From the human T2T-CHM13v2.0 reference genome, Homo sapiens: a stretch of DNA of 64,000 nucleotides. The stretch's first letter is position 1. Each line of letters starts with the position of its first letter. The notes beneath the pieces were generated by a model. The model ran no database searches. It was given only the letters and a program-made list of their open reading frames with translations, and was not told the origin of the DNA. Below, one piece after another: positions 14,609 to 27,909 of this stretch. The position numbers and the translations under genes were made by a program. The DNA lies in NCBI RefSeq assembly GCF_009914755.1, contig NC_060938.1. The stretch is one strand, 5' to 3'.

Positions 14609-15639
14609 TGATGGCAGTGGCTGCAGCAAGGAGGTGTGACTGGGGCTGCACACTACTTGGAGCTGGTGGGAACCCCACCTTCCTTGGGGGTCTATAGCCA
14701 CCCAAACTGTGGTTGTGGGTCCGAGCCTCCTTGTGCTTTTAGGGGATCCAGGAACAGGGAGGATCTGCCCTCTGGGTGCAGCTGCAGTGAGACCTGGGCC
14801 TCCCACTCCACAAAGCAGGAAGAAGCTGGGGACAAGCGGGAGCCCTGCGTCGTCTGAGTTGGTGGGATCGGAGCTCCTAGGTGCAGCTGTGGGTGCCCTC
14901 CCAGGTGCAGGACCTGCGCATCTCTGCCGCCTTCATGCTTGGATGCCCCATGAAGGACCCCCTCATCTGTGTAGGCCCAGGGGTGTCTGCTCCAACTGCC
15001 TGCTCTGCTCCTGGCACCCACTCCTATCTCTTAGTGGGGTTGGGGCCAAGCCCTGGGCCCATGAATGTAAGCAGGAGGTGAACAGAGTCCTATGCAGAAG
15101 GGGGCAGGGTTCCCAATAAGCCCCCACCCTCAGGCCAGAGAGGGCCTGAAGGCTGGGGGCTGGGCTGCAAGTCCTGTGGACTGGAGTGAGAACTCATGGT
15201 GCCTCTTCCACGCCCGCGCATGGCTGCCCATGGACCAATGGGTACACACTTTCCCCCATCTGAGGTCGATAAAAGCCCTGGGCTCAGCAAGAGCAGGGCA
15301 GAGGATGGCCACAGGACAAAGAGGAGCTACCTCTGCTGAGAGCTTCAGAGACCTGCAGAGATGTCCAAATGACTTGCCTGCAGAGAGGAGTCACCCTCTC
15401 CAAGGCCTCTTCTCTGCTGAGAGTTGAACACTCCATAGGAGGACCTGCCCAGAGAGTAGCTACCCACTGTGGGTCTCTGAGCTGTTCTAACACTAAATAA
15501 AACTCTTCATATTTTTCACTCTTCATTTGTCTGTCTTTGTACCTCATTTTTCCTGGATGCAGGATGAGAACTCAGCACAGGCACTGCAGCCACGGAGGTT
15601 TCCAGATAGAAAAATTGACACCCCTGAGATCCCATAACA
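14609..15639 (+). mobile_element. MER52-type ERV1 5' LTR
   Basis: GC-rich LTR 'tgatggcagtgg...gatcccataaca' with TATA-like 'ataaaagccc' and AATAAA (~15496). Homologous to 19868-20443. Confidence 0.85.
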
Positions 15640-15642
15640 TTT

Positions 15643-15660
15643 TGGGGACTCATCTGGGAT
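15643..15660 (+). promoter_or_regulatory. Retroviral primer-binding site, tRNA-Pro
   Basis: tggggactcatctgggat matches TGGGGGCTCGTCCGGGAT at 15/18 positions and starts 4 nt after the LTR end. Confidence 0.85.
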
Positions 15661-16289
15661 CTGCGGAAGGGTGAGTAAAAGCAGCTCTGCTTTCTGTCTT
15701 TTCTTTAGGAGTCCCTGAACTCCACAATAGTCAAGATGAAGGAAAAATACTGGGCCTCTGTCAGCCAGTAAAAGCGACTACTGTGGCCGGACTTAAGACA
15801 CAGGACAGGCTTGCTGGGGAGAACACTGTCAATCCTCCATCACCCTCAGGTGTTGGAAATATTGGCTTTGTTCTAACCCAGTTTCCCTTCACAAAGGGAA
15901 GCTGTCACTTGGGACCAGAAGGAGGTCTTGGGGCAACCAAAGGTATCTGGCTGAGGCCACACCTTTTTGTTATGCAAAGGCCGCTGGACTAACTTCAGTC
16001 CCCAACTGCCTGTTGGGTGTTGGCACTAGTATCTTTAGTCTTTCCTGTCGTTGTTTCCTTCACAACTGTCATGGTTCCTATCTCTTTTACATACAATGTT
16101 AAATGTTAAGGGTGTTGTTGCAAACCAGAGATATTACGGTGTAGAATGAGCATTTGGCTTAGTCATCGAAAATATGAAATGGAAGGTCAAGAGTAGCACA
16201 GATGAAGCAAAGTGTGCTTTGGTATCTGCAGTAAATTTGTAAGAAAATGTTCTTGTCATTTCCAGTTTAGTGCGAAGCACCTTGAGGCA

Positions 16290-17460
16290 CAAAAAAGCAC
16301 TACCTCAGGAAGGAAGCTTTTCTGTAAACACGAAGGAAAATGGTCCAAGGTCCCTTATGAGCAGGCCTTCTTTGCCTTGCAGGGTAACCCAGACCTTCGC
16401 CAACATTGTCTGATTGATTCAATGTCGTAGTACCCACCTCAGGAGAGTCTTCAAGGGGCAATCCCAGGGAACTGAGGAAGAAAACTCCAAAGTTACATCC
16501 AGCAGGGAATCAACCCATTCTGGTCCTTCCTATCCAGGTTATTTCTCAGCTTACCCCACCTTAAGAATCCTGGTTTTAGACAGGTTCCCCTCTCAGCTGC
16601 CCCTATAACAGGTGCCTGGTGAACACGGCCCCATTAAGGTCCAGGTCCCATTTTCTCTTCAGGACTTAAGTGAAATTAAGGGGTATTTTGACTGGTTTTC
16701 AGATGGCCCTGATGAATATAAAAAGGCTTTCCAGAGCTCAACCCAAGTGTTTGAACTCTTTGTATCAAACCCTGACCAACACTGAAAAACAGGCCACTCC
16801 TGGCAAGTGGCAGAGCTTTACATCTTGTATAGGGCCAGGGAAGGGGAGGAGCCTTATCCAATTGGAAAAATAGGCAGTACTATTGGAGGACTCTAAAAGG
16901 GGCCCCAATAATGAAAAGGGACAATGAAAGAAGTAACTCTTTCAGGTGTGCATATTGGAGGGCTTGTGAAGGACTGGGACTGGACCTCTCAATTGCACTG
17001 GGCTATCCATGGTGGATCATGGACTGGATGGGAGTCCCACTGCCTTCCTGAAACAGCTAAGAGGAGTCTTGGTAAAACACACCCCTCTATCTCCTGATTC
17101 AATAGAGTGACAGCTGGTCCTAGGAGATGAGTTTATTACTCAGGCAGCCCCTGATATTAGGAGGAAGCTGAAGTGGCAGAAACAGGTCATAGGACCAGAT
17201 AGTGCTTTGAAGGACCTCCTGAAAGTGGCCACCATAGTCTTTTACAATAAGGATCAGAAAGCCCAAGAGAGGAAAAGGAGCTCTAACTGATTGACTTAAA
17301 GAAAAAGGCTCTAATAGTCACCTTACAGGCTCACAAACCCCAGAGTTCCTAAGATGCACCTGTTGACTGCTGCAAACGTGGGCCATTGGAGGGCGGACTG
17401 TTCCCAAGACACAAGTTGGTGGGTCTAGGGCCGGTCTCCCTAATGGTGCAGCAGGACTGA
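16290..17460 (+). pseudogene. gag: Degenerate class I ERV gag (HUERS-P3/ERV9/HERV-W-like)
   Basis: Peptide remnants [48 protein letters not shown], a decayed zinc knuckle (~17365-17405) and QQD*(TGA 17458-17460). Many stops and frameshifts. Confidence 0.85.
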
Positions 17461-17559
17461 TGGGTCCTGTGTTTCCTTTCCCTGGCTTTGGTGATTCAGA
17501 CTGCCATCACCATCTAGGAGCCCCAGGGATCAAGGGAAGGAGGATGGACCTCCTCCTGA

Positions 17560-19670
17560 AATTAAGTAGACCTGGACCTCTGTCTGTTTCTCTGTGTAGA
17601 TATATATGTGTCATGTGTGTCATGTTTCTATACAAGAGCTCTGATTGGCTTAAAGAAAATAAGTGCTTAGATCAAATGTTTTGAAAGAAAAATAAAGCTG
17701 TAATGCCTTTTAATTCATGGTTATCACTCTAGTGGAACAGGAAGCATGGGAAAGCATGGACTTATAAAGCTCATAGTAGGCCATTGCCTCTGAAGGGAAA
17801 ACATGAAGTGGCACTGGTGTCCACCTAAGGTCAGAGATGTCTGACAGTCCAAGATTGAATCCCAAAGGGTGATGTGCTGGGGGATCCTATGGACCTCAAC
17901 CTCTCTAAAGGGGATTCTGTGGCAGAGGTTCTGGGGTCTAGTACTAAACCCTCCTTAGAAATTTCACAGTTGCAATACTGTATGGCCCCAATATTGTATG
18001 GAATCTGAAGTTTACTGTTGAATGGCAAAGTGGAATGGCATTGAATGTATCCAGGCTTTTATGCTGCTGTTCTAAACACGGAGCCTGGTTAACATGTGAT
18101 GTTCTCTTTGGTGCTGTTTGGCCCTACTGTTCTTTGGAGTCTGGGAAGGTGGGGCCTTAAATCAAATTGCCATGATTTAAAGCAATCTGTGAACCCAAAA
18201 TTTTGGTTCACAATCTTTATTGGATTATCTACTGGGGCAAACAAAGTAAAACCGGTGAGCTTGTATTGCTATCTCATGGCTTAGGATTCCAAGCTATTGA
18301 ATCTTTGTGTGTGTGTGTATACATGTCCAGATGTGTTTATTTGTACACTTATTGTTATATGTTGTGTCTATCAAATTGGCTTATAAGTAAAGGGACACTC
18401 ATAAATTAAGAAGTAATTGTCAGCATATGTTTTTGACTGAATTTATATTTGTCTACCATTATAACATGTAATAGAGACTACTGAAAATAGACTTACATAC
18501 AAGATGTGTAAGGAAAGTAAAATGTGTCTTTAGTAAAATAATATAAGAAGGCCTGAGAATGTAAATTTCTGCCTAGTTCGCAGGGTTTAATGATTGTTTT
18601 AAATCAGATAAGATAAACCTAAAGGCTAAAACAAGTTATGGAAGGTTTATAAAAAATTAATTTTGTAAAAGGAATCCTGTGTGTGAACATATTGACTAAA
18701 TTTAAAAAAAATCATGTTTGGTTTTCCACAAACTGAACATTGGAATAAAAGCACAACAAGCATTTATTGAGGATTTCTCTGTAAGGTATTACTTAAAAAA
18801 ATGGGGGTGGCATTAATAGACTAATGTAAGGGTGAAATTTGGCTCCCTCTTGAACAAAACTTTTGTGCAGTGAAAGATTTTTGTGTGCAAACTACCAAAA
18901 AATGAAGTGGAGGACAAGAGACAGGTTATTTGGAAAACTAGGTCTTCCCTCTTAATGAGTAAAGGTTTTTGCTTTTTAAAATAAATTTGAGCCATCATTG
19001 GCTAAATGAATATCTTATGATAACATGAAATTCTGTTAAGTGTTTTGAGCCTTTTCAGTCAAAATTGTCTTTCCTAACCCCTAAATTTGAATGCTACACA
19101 GGGTCCCTTGAGTGTTCAAAGGAGAAGTAAACAGGATTATTTGACATGTTTAGCTACACAGGATTGTTGAAATAAGGTAGTGTTTGATCTTCAGGTTATA
19201 TTTTAGAGAAAAATGTTAATGTGTGTTCCAAAATTGACAGGGATTTCTAGAGTTCTGTTGTCTGAGTTTGTGTTATCAATCATAATTAAGGTTATTGTGT
19301 TAGGTTTTTGCATGTCACAGAGGTGACCAAATTTCTTTGTCAATTGTGTTTTTGACTGTGTCTACCCTAGGACATTTTGACATCCACAGACAAATGTTGT
19401 CTTGTTTTGAGCCCCTTCAAAGGATAGATTATAACCCTAAAGTGCAAGTTTCTGATAATTTTGAAGATTGTGAACAGGAGGTGACTGTGTGAACTGAACT
19501 ATTGGAAGACTAATCTTTTTTGACTTTTTGCTTTTTGCATGGAACAATGCTGATCTTTATGTTTTGTTTTTTAGAATTGATAACATTTCTCTTTTGAGCT
19601 ATTTTTAGCTTTTGACAAATCTAGGGTGAACCAACCAGTGATCTCTGACTGCAGCTCAGAAGAAACAGGG
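17560..19670 (+). mobile_element. MER52/MER4-group non-coding internal region (no pol)
   Basis: AT-rich MER4-group internal sequence between the gag/pro start and the env tail. Confidence 0.7.
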
Positions 19671-19674
19671 ATGG

Positions 19675-19755
19675 GCCATCAAACTCCAAATAGTCATGCA
19701 AATCATGCTTCAGATGATGGCTCCTTTGTACTGGGGATCCTGAGACAGGCCTCTG
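19675..19755 (+). pseudogene. env: env cytoplasmic-tail remnant
   Basis: AIKLQIVMQIMLQMMAPLYWGS*DRPL resembles the class I env tail (KLQM...PLDRP). PPT-like 'ggagagggg' follows at ~19864. Confidence 0.65.
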
Positions 19756-19867
19756 AGAGAGAGACCTAACTCTCATTTTCCTGAAACAACACCCTTTGTT
19801 AGCAAGAAGCTGTTAAGAGCAGTCATTGTCCCTATGCTAACAGCAGTTAGGTGTACTGATCTCGGAG

Positions 19868-20443
19868 AGGGGTTGGAGCCAAGCCCTGAGGCAATGAATG
19901 GCAGTGGGAGGTGAACAGAGTCCTGTGCCCATGACCACCCATGGACCAGTCAGCACAGACTTCCTCCACTCTGAGGTCCATAAAAGCCCTAGACTCAGTC
20001 AGAGAAGGGCAGAGGATGGCCAGAGGACAAAGAGGGCAGAGTGATGATGGGATGGGACAACCAGCTGCAGAGAGGAGTACCCTCTCTGCTGATAGCTGGA
20101 GACATCAGCAACCGGCAGAGAGGAGCTACCTTTTTTGCTTAGAGCTTCAGAGACCTGCAGAGATGTCTGAATGACTTGCCTGTGGAGAGGAGCCTTCCAC
20201 TCTAGGGCCTCCTCTCTGCTGACAGCTGAACACTCCATGGGATGACCTGCCAACAGAGTGGAGCTACCCACTGTGGATATCCTCTGAGCTGTTCTAACAC
20301 TAAATAAAACTCTTCATATTCTTCACCCTTCATTTGTCTTTGTACTTCATTCTTCCTGGGTGCAAGAGAAGAACTCAGGCAAATGCACCATGGCCACAGA
20401 GGTTTCCAGCCAGAAAAATCCACACCCCTGATATCCTGTAAAA
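19868..20443 (+). mobile_element. MER52-type 3' LTR, 5'-deleted
   Basis: Aligns to the 5' LTR from ~15037 onward and ends 'cccctgatatcctgtaaaa'. Degenerate 4-bp TSD ataa/atag. Confidence 0.85.
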
Positions 20444-20998
20444 ATAGCATTCAATGGTAGTTTTTCAATCCTTGGCCTCCTCCCTGCCTACCCCTTTTGA
20501 AATCCCCATGGTCTATTATTCCCACTTTTTATCTGAGTGTGTCCAACGTTTTCTTCTCATTTGTAAATGGGAATATATATTTGGTTTTCTGTTTCAGCAT
20601 TAATTTACTTAGAATAACTACCTCCAGCTGCATCCATGTTGCTGCAAAGAATATTCTTTCTTTTTTATGACTGCATAATAATCCATGGTTTAAATGTAAA
20701 ACATTTTCTTCATCTAATCCACCATTAATAGGGATCTACATTGATTTCATGCCTTTGCTATTGTGAATAGTGCTGTCATAAACATGTGAGTACAGATGTC
20801 TTTTTTGTAGAACAATTTATTTTCCTTTGGGTATATATCCAGTAATGGGATTTCTGGGTCAAATGATAATTGTATTTTTAGTTCTTTGAGTAATCTTCTT
20901 ACAGCTTTTCAGAGAGACTGAACTAATTTACAATGCCATCAACAAAGGGCAGGCATTCCTTTTTCTTAACAATCTTGACATCATCTGTTATTTTTTGA

Positions 20999-21308
<310 letters not shown>

Positions 21309-23144
21309 TTTTTGGCTTTTTAATAACAGTCATTCTGACTGGTGTGAGATGGTATCTCCTTGTGGTTTTGATTTGTATTTCTCTGATGATTAGCGATGCT
21401 GAGTGTTTTTCATGTTTGTTTGAGAAGTGTCAATTCATGACCTTTCCCCACTTTAAAATGGGGTTATTTTAATCTTTCTTGTTGATTTGTTAAAGTTCCT
21501 CATAGTTTCTGGATATTAGGCCTTTGTCAGATGAATGGTTTGTTAATACTTTCTCTCATTCTGTAGGTTTCTCTCATTCTCTCATTCTGTCAAGCCTGCT
21601 GATAGTTTCTTTTGCTGTTCAGAAGCTCTTAAGTTTAATTAGATCCCAATTTTCAGTTTTTGTTTTTGTTGTGTTTCCTTTTAAGGACATAGTCAAAAAT
21701 TCCTTGCCTAGGCCAACATCCAGAAGAGTATTTCCTACATTTTCTTCTGGAATATTTATAGTTTGAGGTTTTGCATTTAAGTTTGATGCATCTTGAGTTA
21801 CTATTTACATGGTGATAGGTAGAAGTCCAATTCTGCACATGGTTAGCCAGTCTCCCAGCACCATTTACTGAATAGGATGTCCTTTCCCCACTGTTCATTT
21901 TTGTCAACTTGGTCAAAAATCAGTGGGTTGCAGGTATGTGGCTTTACTTCTGGCTTCTCTATTATGTTGAATTGTTCTATATGTTTATTTTTGTATTAGT
22001 ATCATGCTATTTTGGGTAACGTCGCCTTATAGTGTAGTTTAAAGTCATGTAATGCAACGCCTCTAGCTTTGGTCGTTTTGCTTAAGATAGCTTTGGCTAT
22101 TTTGACTATTTTTTGGTTTCATATAAATTTTAGAACAGATTTTCTCTAATTGTGTGAAGAATAACTTTGATAATTTGAGAGGAATTGCATGGAATCTTTG
22201 GATTACTTTTGAGGCAGTATGAACATTGATTCTTCTAATCCATAAGCAGGGAATTTTTTTTCATTTGTGTCATCTATGATTTTTTTCAGCAATATTTTGT
22301 AGTATTCCTTGTAGAGATCTTTTACTTCCATGGTTAGATGTATTCCTAGGTATTTTATTATTTTTGTGTTTTTTTGTAAATAAGATTGTATTTTTAATTT
22401 GGTTCTTAGCTTGAACATTATTTATGTATAGAAATGCTATTGAGTTTTGTACATTGGTTTGGTATCCTGAAACTTTACTCAAATCGTTTATCAGGTCTAG
22501 GAGACTTTTGGCAGAACCTTAGGTTTCCTAGGTAAATAATTATGTTTTCAATGAAGAGAGATAATTTGACTTCCTCTTTTCATATTTGAGTGCATTTTAC
22601 TTGTTTCTTTTGCCTGATTGCTTTTGGCTAGGATTTCCATTTCTATGTTGAATAGAAATGATGAGAGTGCCATCCTTGTCTTGTTCCAGTTCTTAGGAAG
22701 AATGATCCCAATTTTTGTCCACTTGGTATGATATTGGCTGAGGGTTTGTCATAAATGGCTCTCATAATTTTGAAGTATGTTCCGTCAATGCTTAGTTTTT
22801 GTGGATTTTTATTATGAATGGATGCTGGATTTTATCAAATTCTTTTCCTGCATTTATTGAGATAATTATATGGTTTTTGTTTTTAATTCTGTTAATGTGG
22901 GAAAATGCATTCCTTTTTTTTTTTTTTTTTTTTTTTTGTATAAGTTAAACCATCTTTGCATCCAAGGAATAAAGCCCACTTGATTGTGGTCAATTATTTT
23001 TTTGATGTGCTGCTGAATTTGGTTTGCCAGTATTTTGTTGAGAATTTCAGAATCTGTGTTCAGCAGAGATATAGGTCTTTGGTTTTATTGTTGTTGTCTT
23101 TACAGGAATTTGGTATGAAGATAATACTTATTTCATAGAATGAG

Positions 23145-23422
23145 CACACCTGTAATCCCAGCACTTTGGGAGGCTGAGGCAGGTGGATCACAAGGTCAGG
23201 AGATCGAGACCATCCTGGCTAACACAGTGAAACCCCATCTTTACTAAAAAATACAAAAAATTAGCCGGGCGTGGTGGTGGGCACCTGTAGTCCCAGGTAC
23301 TCAGCAGGCTGAGGCAGGAGAATGGCATGAACCCAGGAAGCGGAGCTTGCAGTGAGCGGAGATCGTGCCACTGCACTCCAGCCTGGGTGACAGAGCGAGA
23401 CTCCATCTCAAAAAAAAAAAAA
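23145..23422 (+). mobile_element. AluY, slightly 5'-truncated
   Basis: Y diagnostics present. TSD agaatgag at 23137-23144 and 23423-23430. Confidence 0.93.
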
Positions 23423-24970
23423 AGAATGAGTTAGGGAGAAATTGCTCCTCCTTGATATTTGGGAATAGTTTCAGTAAGATTGGTATTAGCTCCATTTTTT
23501 GTGTCTGGTAGAATTTGGCTCTGAGTCTATCTGGTCCAAGGCTTTTTTTGGTTAGTATAATTTTTATTGCTGATTTAATATTGTAACTCATTATTAATGT
23601 ATTCAGAGGTTTAATTTCTTCCTTGTCCAATCTTCGGAGGTTGTTTGTTTTTCAGAATTTATCCATTTTCTTTAGATTTTCTACTTCGTGCACATAGAGA
23701 TATCCCTTGTAGTCTCTAATGATTTTTTATATTTCTGTAGAGTCAGTTGTAATGTCACCTTTGTCATTTCTAATTGTGCTTGTTTGGAACTTGTCTCTTT
23801 TTTTCTTTGTATTTATTTAGTGATGGGTCTCTGGATTTTGTGTGTCTTTTTGAAAAGTAACTTTTGGTTTTGATCACCTATCTGTTGTTTCTTGGTCTCA
23901 ATTGTGTTTAGTTCTGCTCTAATTTTAAATATTGACTTTCTTCTGCTAGGTTTTGGTTTCATTTGTTTTCATTTTGCTAGTTACTTTAGGTGCAATGTTA
24001 GGTTGCTATCAGAGAGCTTTCTACTTGATGTAGGCACTTAGTGCTATAAACTTTTCTCTTAACACTGCTTTTGCTGCATCCCAGAGGTTTTGATACATTG
24101 TGTCATCATTTTCATTTGTCTCAAAGAACTTTTTTTATTTCTGCCTTAATTTTCTTCAGGAGCAAGCTGCTTTGTTTTCATGTATTTGTGTGATTTTGAG
24201 CTTCTCTTGGTATTGGGTTCTATTTTTATTCCATTGTGGTCTGAGAAAATACTTGGTGTGATTTCATGTTTTTCTAATTTGTTGAGACTTGCTTTATGAC
24301 TGAGCATGTTCTGTGTGGATATGAGAAGAATACATACTCTGTAGTTGTTGGGTGAAGTATTCTGTATATGTCTGGTAGATCCAACTGTCCACGAGTAGAG
24401 TTTACATTTAGCATTTCTTTGTTAGTTTTTTGCCTCAGTGATCTGGCTAATGCTGTTAAAGAGGTGTCGAAGTCTTCCACTATTATTGTATGCCTTTCTA
24501 AGTCTTTCTTAGGTATAGTAGTAATTTATTTACAAATCTAGGTGCTTCACTGGTGCTATTTATTAAGTATACTTAAATTGACTTGTTGAATTGAATCCTT
24601 TTCCATTAAGTAATTCATTTCCTTGTCCTTTTCTATTGTTGTTAATTTAAGGTCTCTTTTATCTGATACAAGAATAGCATTCCCCATTCTGTATGACAGA
24701 ACTTTCTCTATCCCTTATCTTTGGGCCTATGGATGTAATTACATGTGAGATGGCTCTCTTGAAGACAGATGGTTGGATCTTTTTGTATAAATCCAATATG
24801 CCACTCTTTGTCTTTTAAGTGAAGCATTTAGACCATTTACATTCTAGGTTAATATTGATATGTGATGTTTTGTTAATTTCATGGTGTTTAGATTGTTTCT
24901 TTTAGTTTTGATTGTGTAATTTTCTTTATGTGGTTTGTAGGCTGTGTACTCACTTGTGTTTTTATGATAG

Positions 24971-25716
24971 TGAGGACTAAACTCTGATTTTTATCTAGCT
25001 CAAATTCTTATCTAAGGTGTCTGGGGAGTCATGCCATACAAATCATAGATTCTCATTAGATGGGTTTTATTTAACCCTATATAGTGTGATTTATTTTCCA
25101 ACCTGACTCTGGCATAACATTATGAGACAAGGAAGAAAATAAAAATATTTTACCCCAAAACATGTTTCTTTGCCATATTTTGAAATGGGCCTGCAAAGAT
25201 ATTCTTTGTGGGGGAAAATTTGCATCTGTAAATAACCTCTGTTAATATAGCTAGATATTTGCTTCCAGACCTTCCCAATCCTAAAGAGATTAACTAAGAT
25301 CTGAAAGGGAAACACTTGTTATGTATTGTCTCTAAGGGCAGCTACTATAAGACTTCAAAAGAACTTTGGTCTCCACAATCTTTATCTTAACCTGAACCTT
25401 CCCTTTCTATCAATCCCAGGTCTTCAGACAAACTCAACCAATTGTCAACCAGAAAATGTTTAAATTCACCTATATCCTGGAAGCCCCCCACTTTGAGTTG
25501 TTCTGCCTTTCTGGACCAAACCAATGTATTTTTTAAATGTATTTCATTGATGTCTCATGCCTCTCTAAAATGTATAAAACCAAGCTGCACCTCGATCACC
25601 TTGGGCATATATTCTCAGGACCTCCTGAGGACTGTATCATGAGCCGTGGTCTCTCATATTTGACTCAGAATAAATCTCTTCAAATATTTTACAGAGCTTG
25701 ACTCTTTTCATTGGCA
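24971..25716 (+). mobile_element. MER4E-type ERV1 LTR
   Basis: Runs 'tgaggactaaactctgatttttatc...ggggagtcatgcc...gaataaatctcttcaaatattttacagag...ggca'. Confidence 0.85.
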
Positions 25717-26740
25717 ATAAATGGCGCCCCAACATGGGGCCTCAGAGAAGACTCAGGAGCCCCAAGCAGTTGTCCGAAATCAGAGCTAAGGTACCAGCCA
25801 GGGTTAATTGAAGACTCACCAAGTTCAAGCTTCTCCTTTGGTGGAACTGGTAAGTCCTCCTGAGCCCTGTACCTCCCATTTTGGTTGATGGTCCTCAATT
25901 TATTCTGAGCTGGTTTTTCTCCTAGGAATTTGTTGTTTAAGGATTGTAATTTGAGTTTGTATATGCATTTCTAAAAGGTCTTCCCTATTGCTTTTTCTCT
26001 CAGACATAATCTCAATTTGGATTATCTCCATAAGGAACTGAACTTTGATAATTTACCTAGGCCACAGCTCAGTTCCTCCTTTAAAAAAAAAAGTGTGGGG
26101 AAGAAATAATCTAAGAATAAGAAAAAAACAGGAGAAAGAGCCCCCCTTTGGGCACTCCGTAGGTTTTATGGCACCTCTACTTCTTGCCAGAGTTTATGTA
26201 AAATGGTAATAATATGGTCTTTGTGCACATTTTACATTAAGGAAAAAGAGACCTAAGGTTGACCTGCAAACTATAGAATTTTTAAGTTTTCTTTCTCTAT
26301 TTTCTTTTCTGCCTGCTTTAAATCTGCTGTGAGTTTTCTACTAGGGGAAACAAAACAAAACAAAACAAAACAAAACCACAACAACACTGTTTGGATCTAA
26401 CAGGTTTTGTTTTGTTTTTTCAACTTGGGAAATTTATATTCATCTCATGGCCATAGTACTAAAGTAAAGTTATAGGATCTTTTTGTGTGTATGTTTATGT
26501 ATATATATATATGTATGTGTATATTTAAAGGCCTTTTTAAATTGTATAATTTTACATTTAATTGGCAGTTAAATTTGTTTTAATTTCCCTCTAGCACACA
26601 AACTTTTTCTCCCCATACCTTATGATGTAAATTTTGTTACTTGATCTTAATCTGAGTTGTTTCATTTAATATGCAAATTTAGGGCTATTTAGCTGACTAC
26701 TTCCTAGGGTGATGCAACATGTTATCAAGAATTTGAAAGT
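25717..26740 (+). mobile_element. MER4 internal region, 3'-truncated
   Basis: Leader after the PBS ('gaactggtaagtc' donor-like) and MER4-int-type sequence that ends abruptly at 26740. Confidence 0.75.
25722..25740 (+). promoter_or_regulatory. Primer-binding site, tRNA-Lys(CUU)-like
   Basis: tggcgccccaacatggggc versus TGGCGCCCAACGTGGGGC: one insertion and one CpG transition. Confidence 0.75.
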
Positions 26741-27465
26741 TCATCAATGTAATGGACTAGCTGAAGGCAAATTGCTTCTGGTGAGCCTTATGGACAGGAA
26801 TGTAGAAAAAGGCATTTGTCAAACCAGTGGCTGTATATCAGGTACCAGGAGATGTGCTAATTTGTTCAATCAATGAAACCACATCTGGTAATGCAGCTGC
26901 AATTGGAGTCACCACATGGTTAAGTTTATGATAATCCACTGTCATTCTCCAAGATTCATCTCTCTTTTGCACAGACCAAAGAGGAGAGTTGAATAGGGAT
27001 GTTGGGAATCATCACCTCTGCATCTTCCAAGCCCTTGATGGTGGCACTAATCTCTGTCATCCATCCAGGGATGCAATATTGTTTATTATTTACTATTTTT
27101 CTAGGTAGAGGCAGCTCTATCGGCTTCCATTTGGTCTTTCCCATCATAATAGCCCTCACCCTACCAGTTAGGGAGCCAATGTGGGGATTCTGCCAGCTGC
27201 TAAGTATGTCTATACCAACTATGCATTCTGTGGCAAATGACCACAGGATGAGTCTGGGAACACACTGGAGCCAATGTAAATCAGACCTGAGATCAAACTC
27301 CATTAATTGCCTAACCTCCATAAGCCGCTACTTTAACTGCAGGACCATAATGATGTTTTGGGTTCCTTAGAATCAATGTCAGCTCAGAGCCCGTGTCTAG
27401 TGGTTTCCAAAAGGTCTTATCATTCCCCTAACCTCAGTACACATTTACCCTGCCAAAAGGCCAAA
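26741..27465 (-). pseudogene. pol: ERVL/HERVL protease-RT fragment
   Basis: Minus strand gives LDTGSELTLI (27371-27400), GIDILSSWQNPHIGSLTGRVRAI, QKQFAFS and LVHYID (26741-26760). Confidence 0.9.
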
Positions 27466-27467
27466 GC

Positions 27468-27901
27468 ATTAGTCCATTCTCATGCTGCTATGAATTAATA
27501 TCTGTGTGTGTAATTTATATATATGTGCATATATAATATATATTCTCTCTATATATAATATATATGTTTTATATATATATATATAAAAATAAGTTTAATT
27601 GACTCAGAGTTCTTCATGGATGGGGAAGCCTCACGAAACTTAGACAATCATGGCAGAAGGAGAAGCAAACACATCCTTCTTCACATGAAGGTGGGAAGGA
27701 GAATTGCCAAGCAAAGCAGGGAAAAGCCCCTTTTCATCAGATCTCGTGAGAACTCAGTCACTATCATGAGAACAACATGAGGGAACCACACCCATGATCT
27801 AATAACCTCCCCTGAGGTCCCTTTCCCAATACTTGGGGATTACATTTCAGATTACAATTCAAGATGAGATTCGGTTGGGGACACAGAGCCAGATCATATC
27901 A
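27468..27901 (-). mobile_element. THE1C/D-like MaLR LTR with internal TA tract
   Basis: Runs 'ttagtccattctcatgctgctat...tacaattcaagatgagatt...ggggacacagagccagatcatatca'. Confidence 0.85.
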
Positions 27902-27909
27902 TTGTGAAC

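Noticed and set aside
14437-15547. Dense ORF cluster in a GC-rich segment, possible gene or CpG island
   Set aside because: Lies in the MER52 LTR. GC richness reduces stop codons, and CpGs are depleted.
26956-27321. 121-aa ORF as a domesticated retroviral protein
   Set aside because: Frameshifted ERVL pro/RT fragment with non-homologous ends; the catalytic motifs fall outside the ORF.
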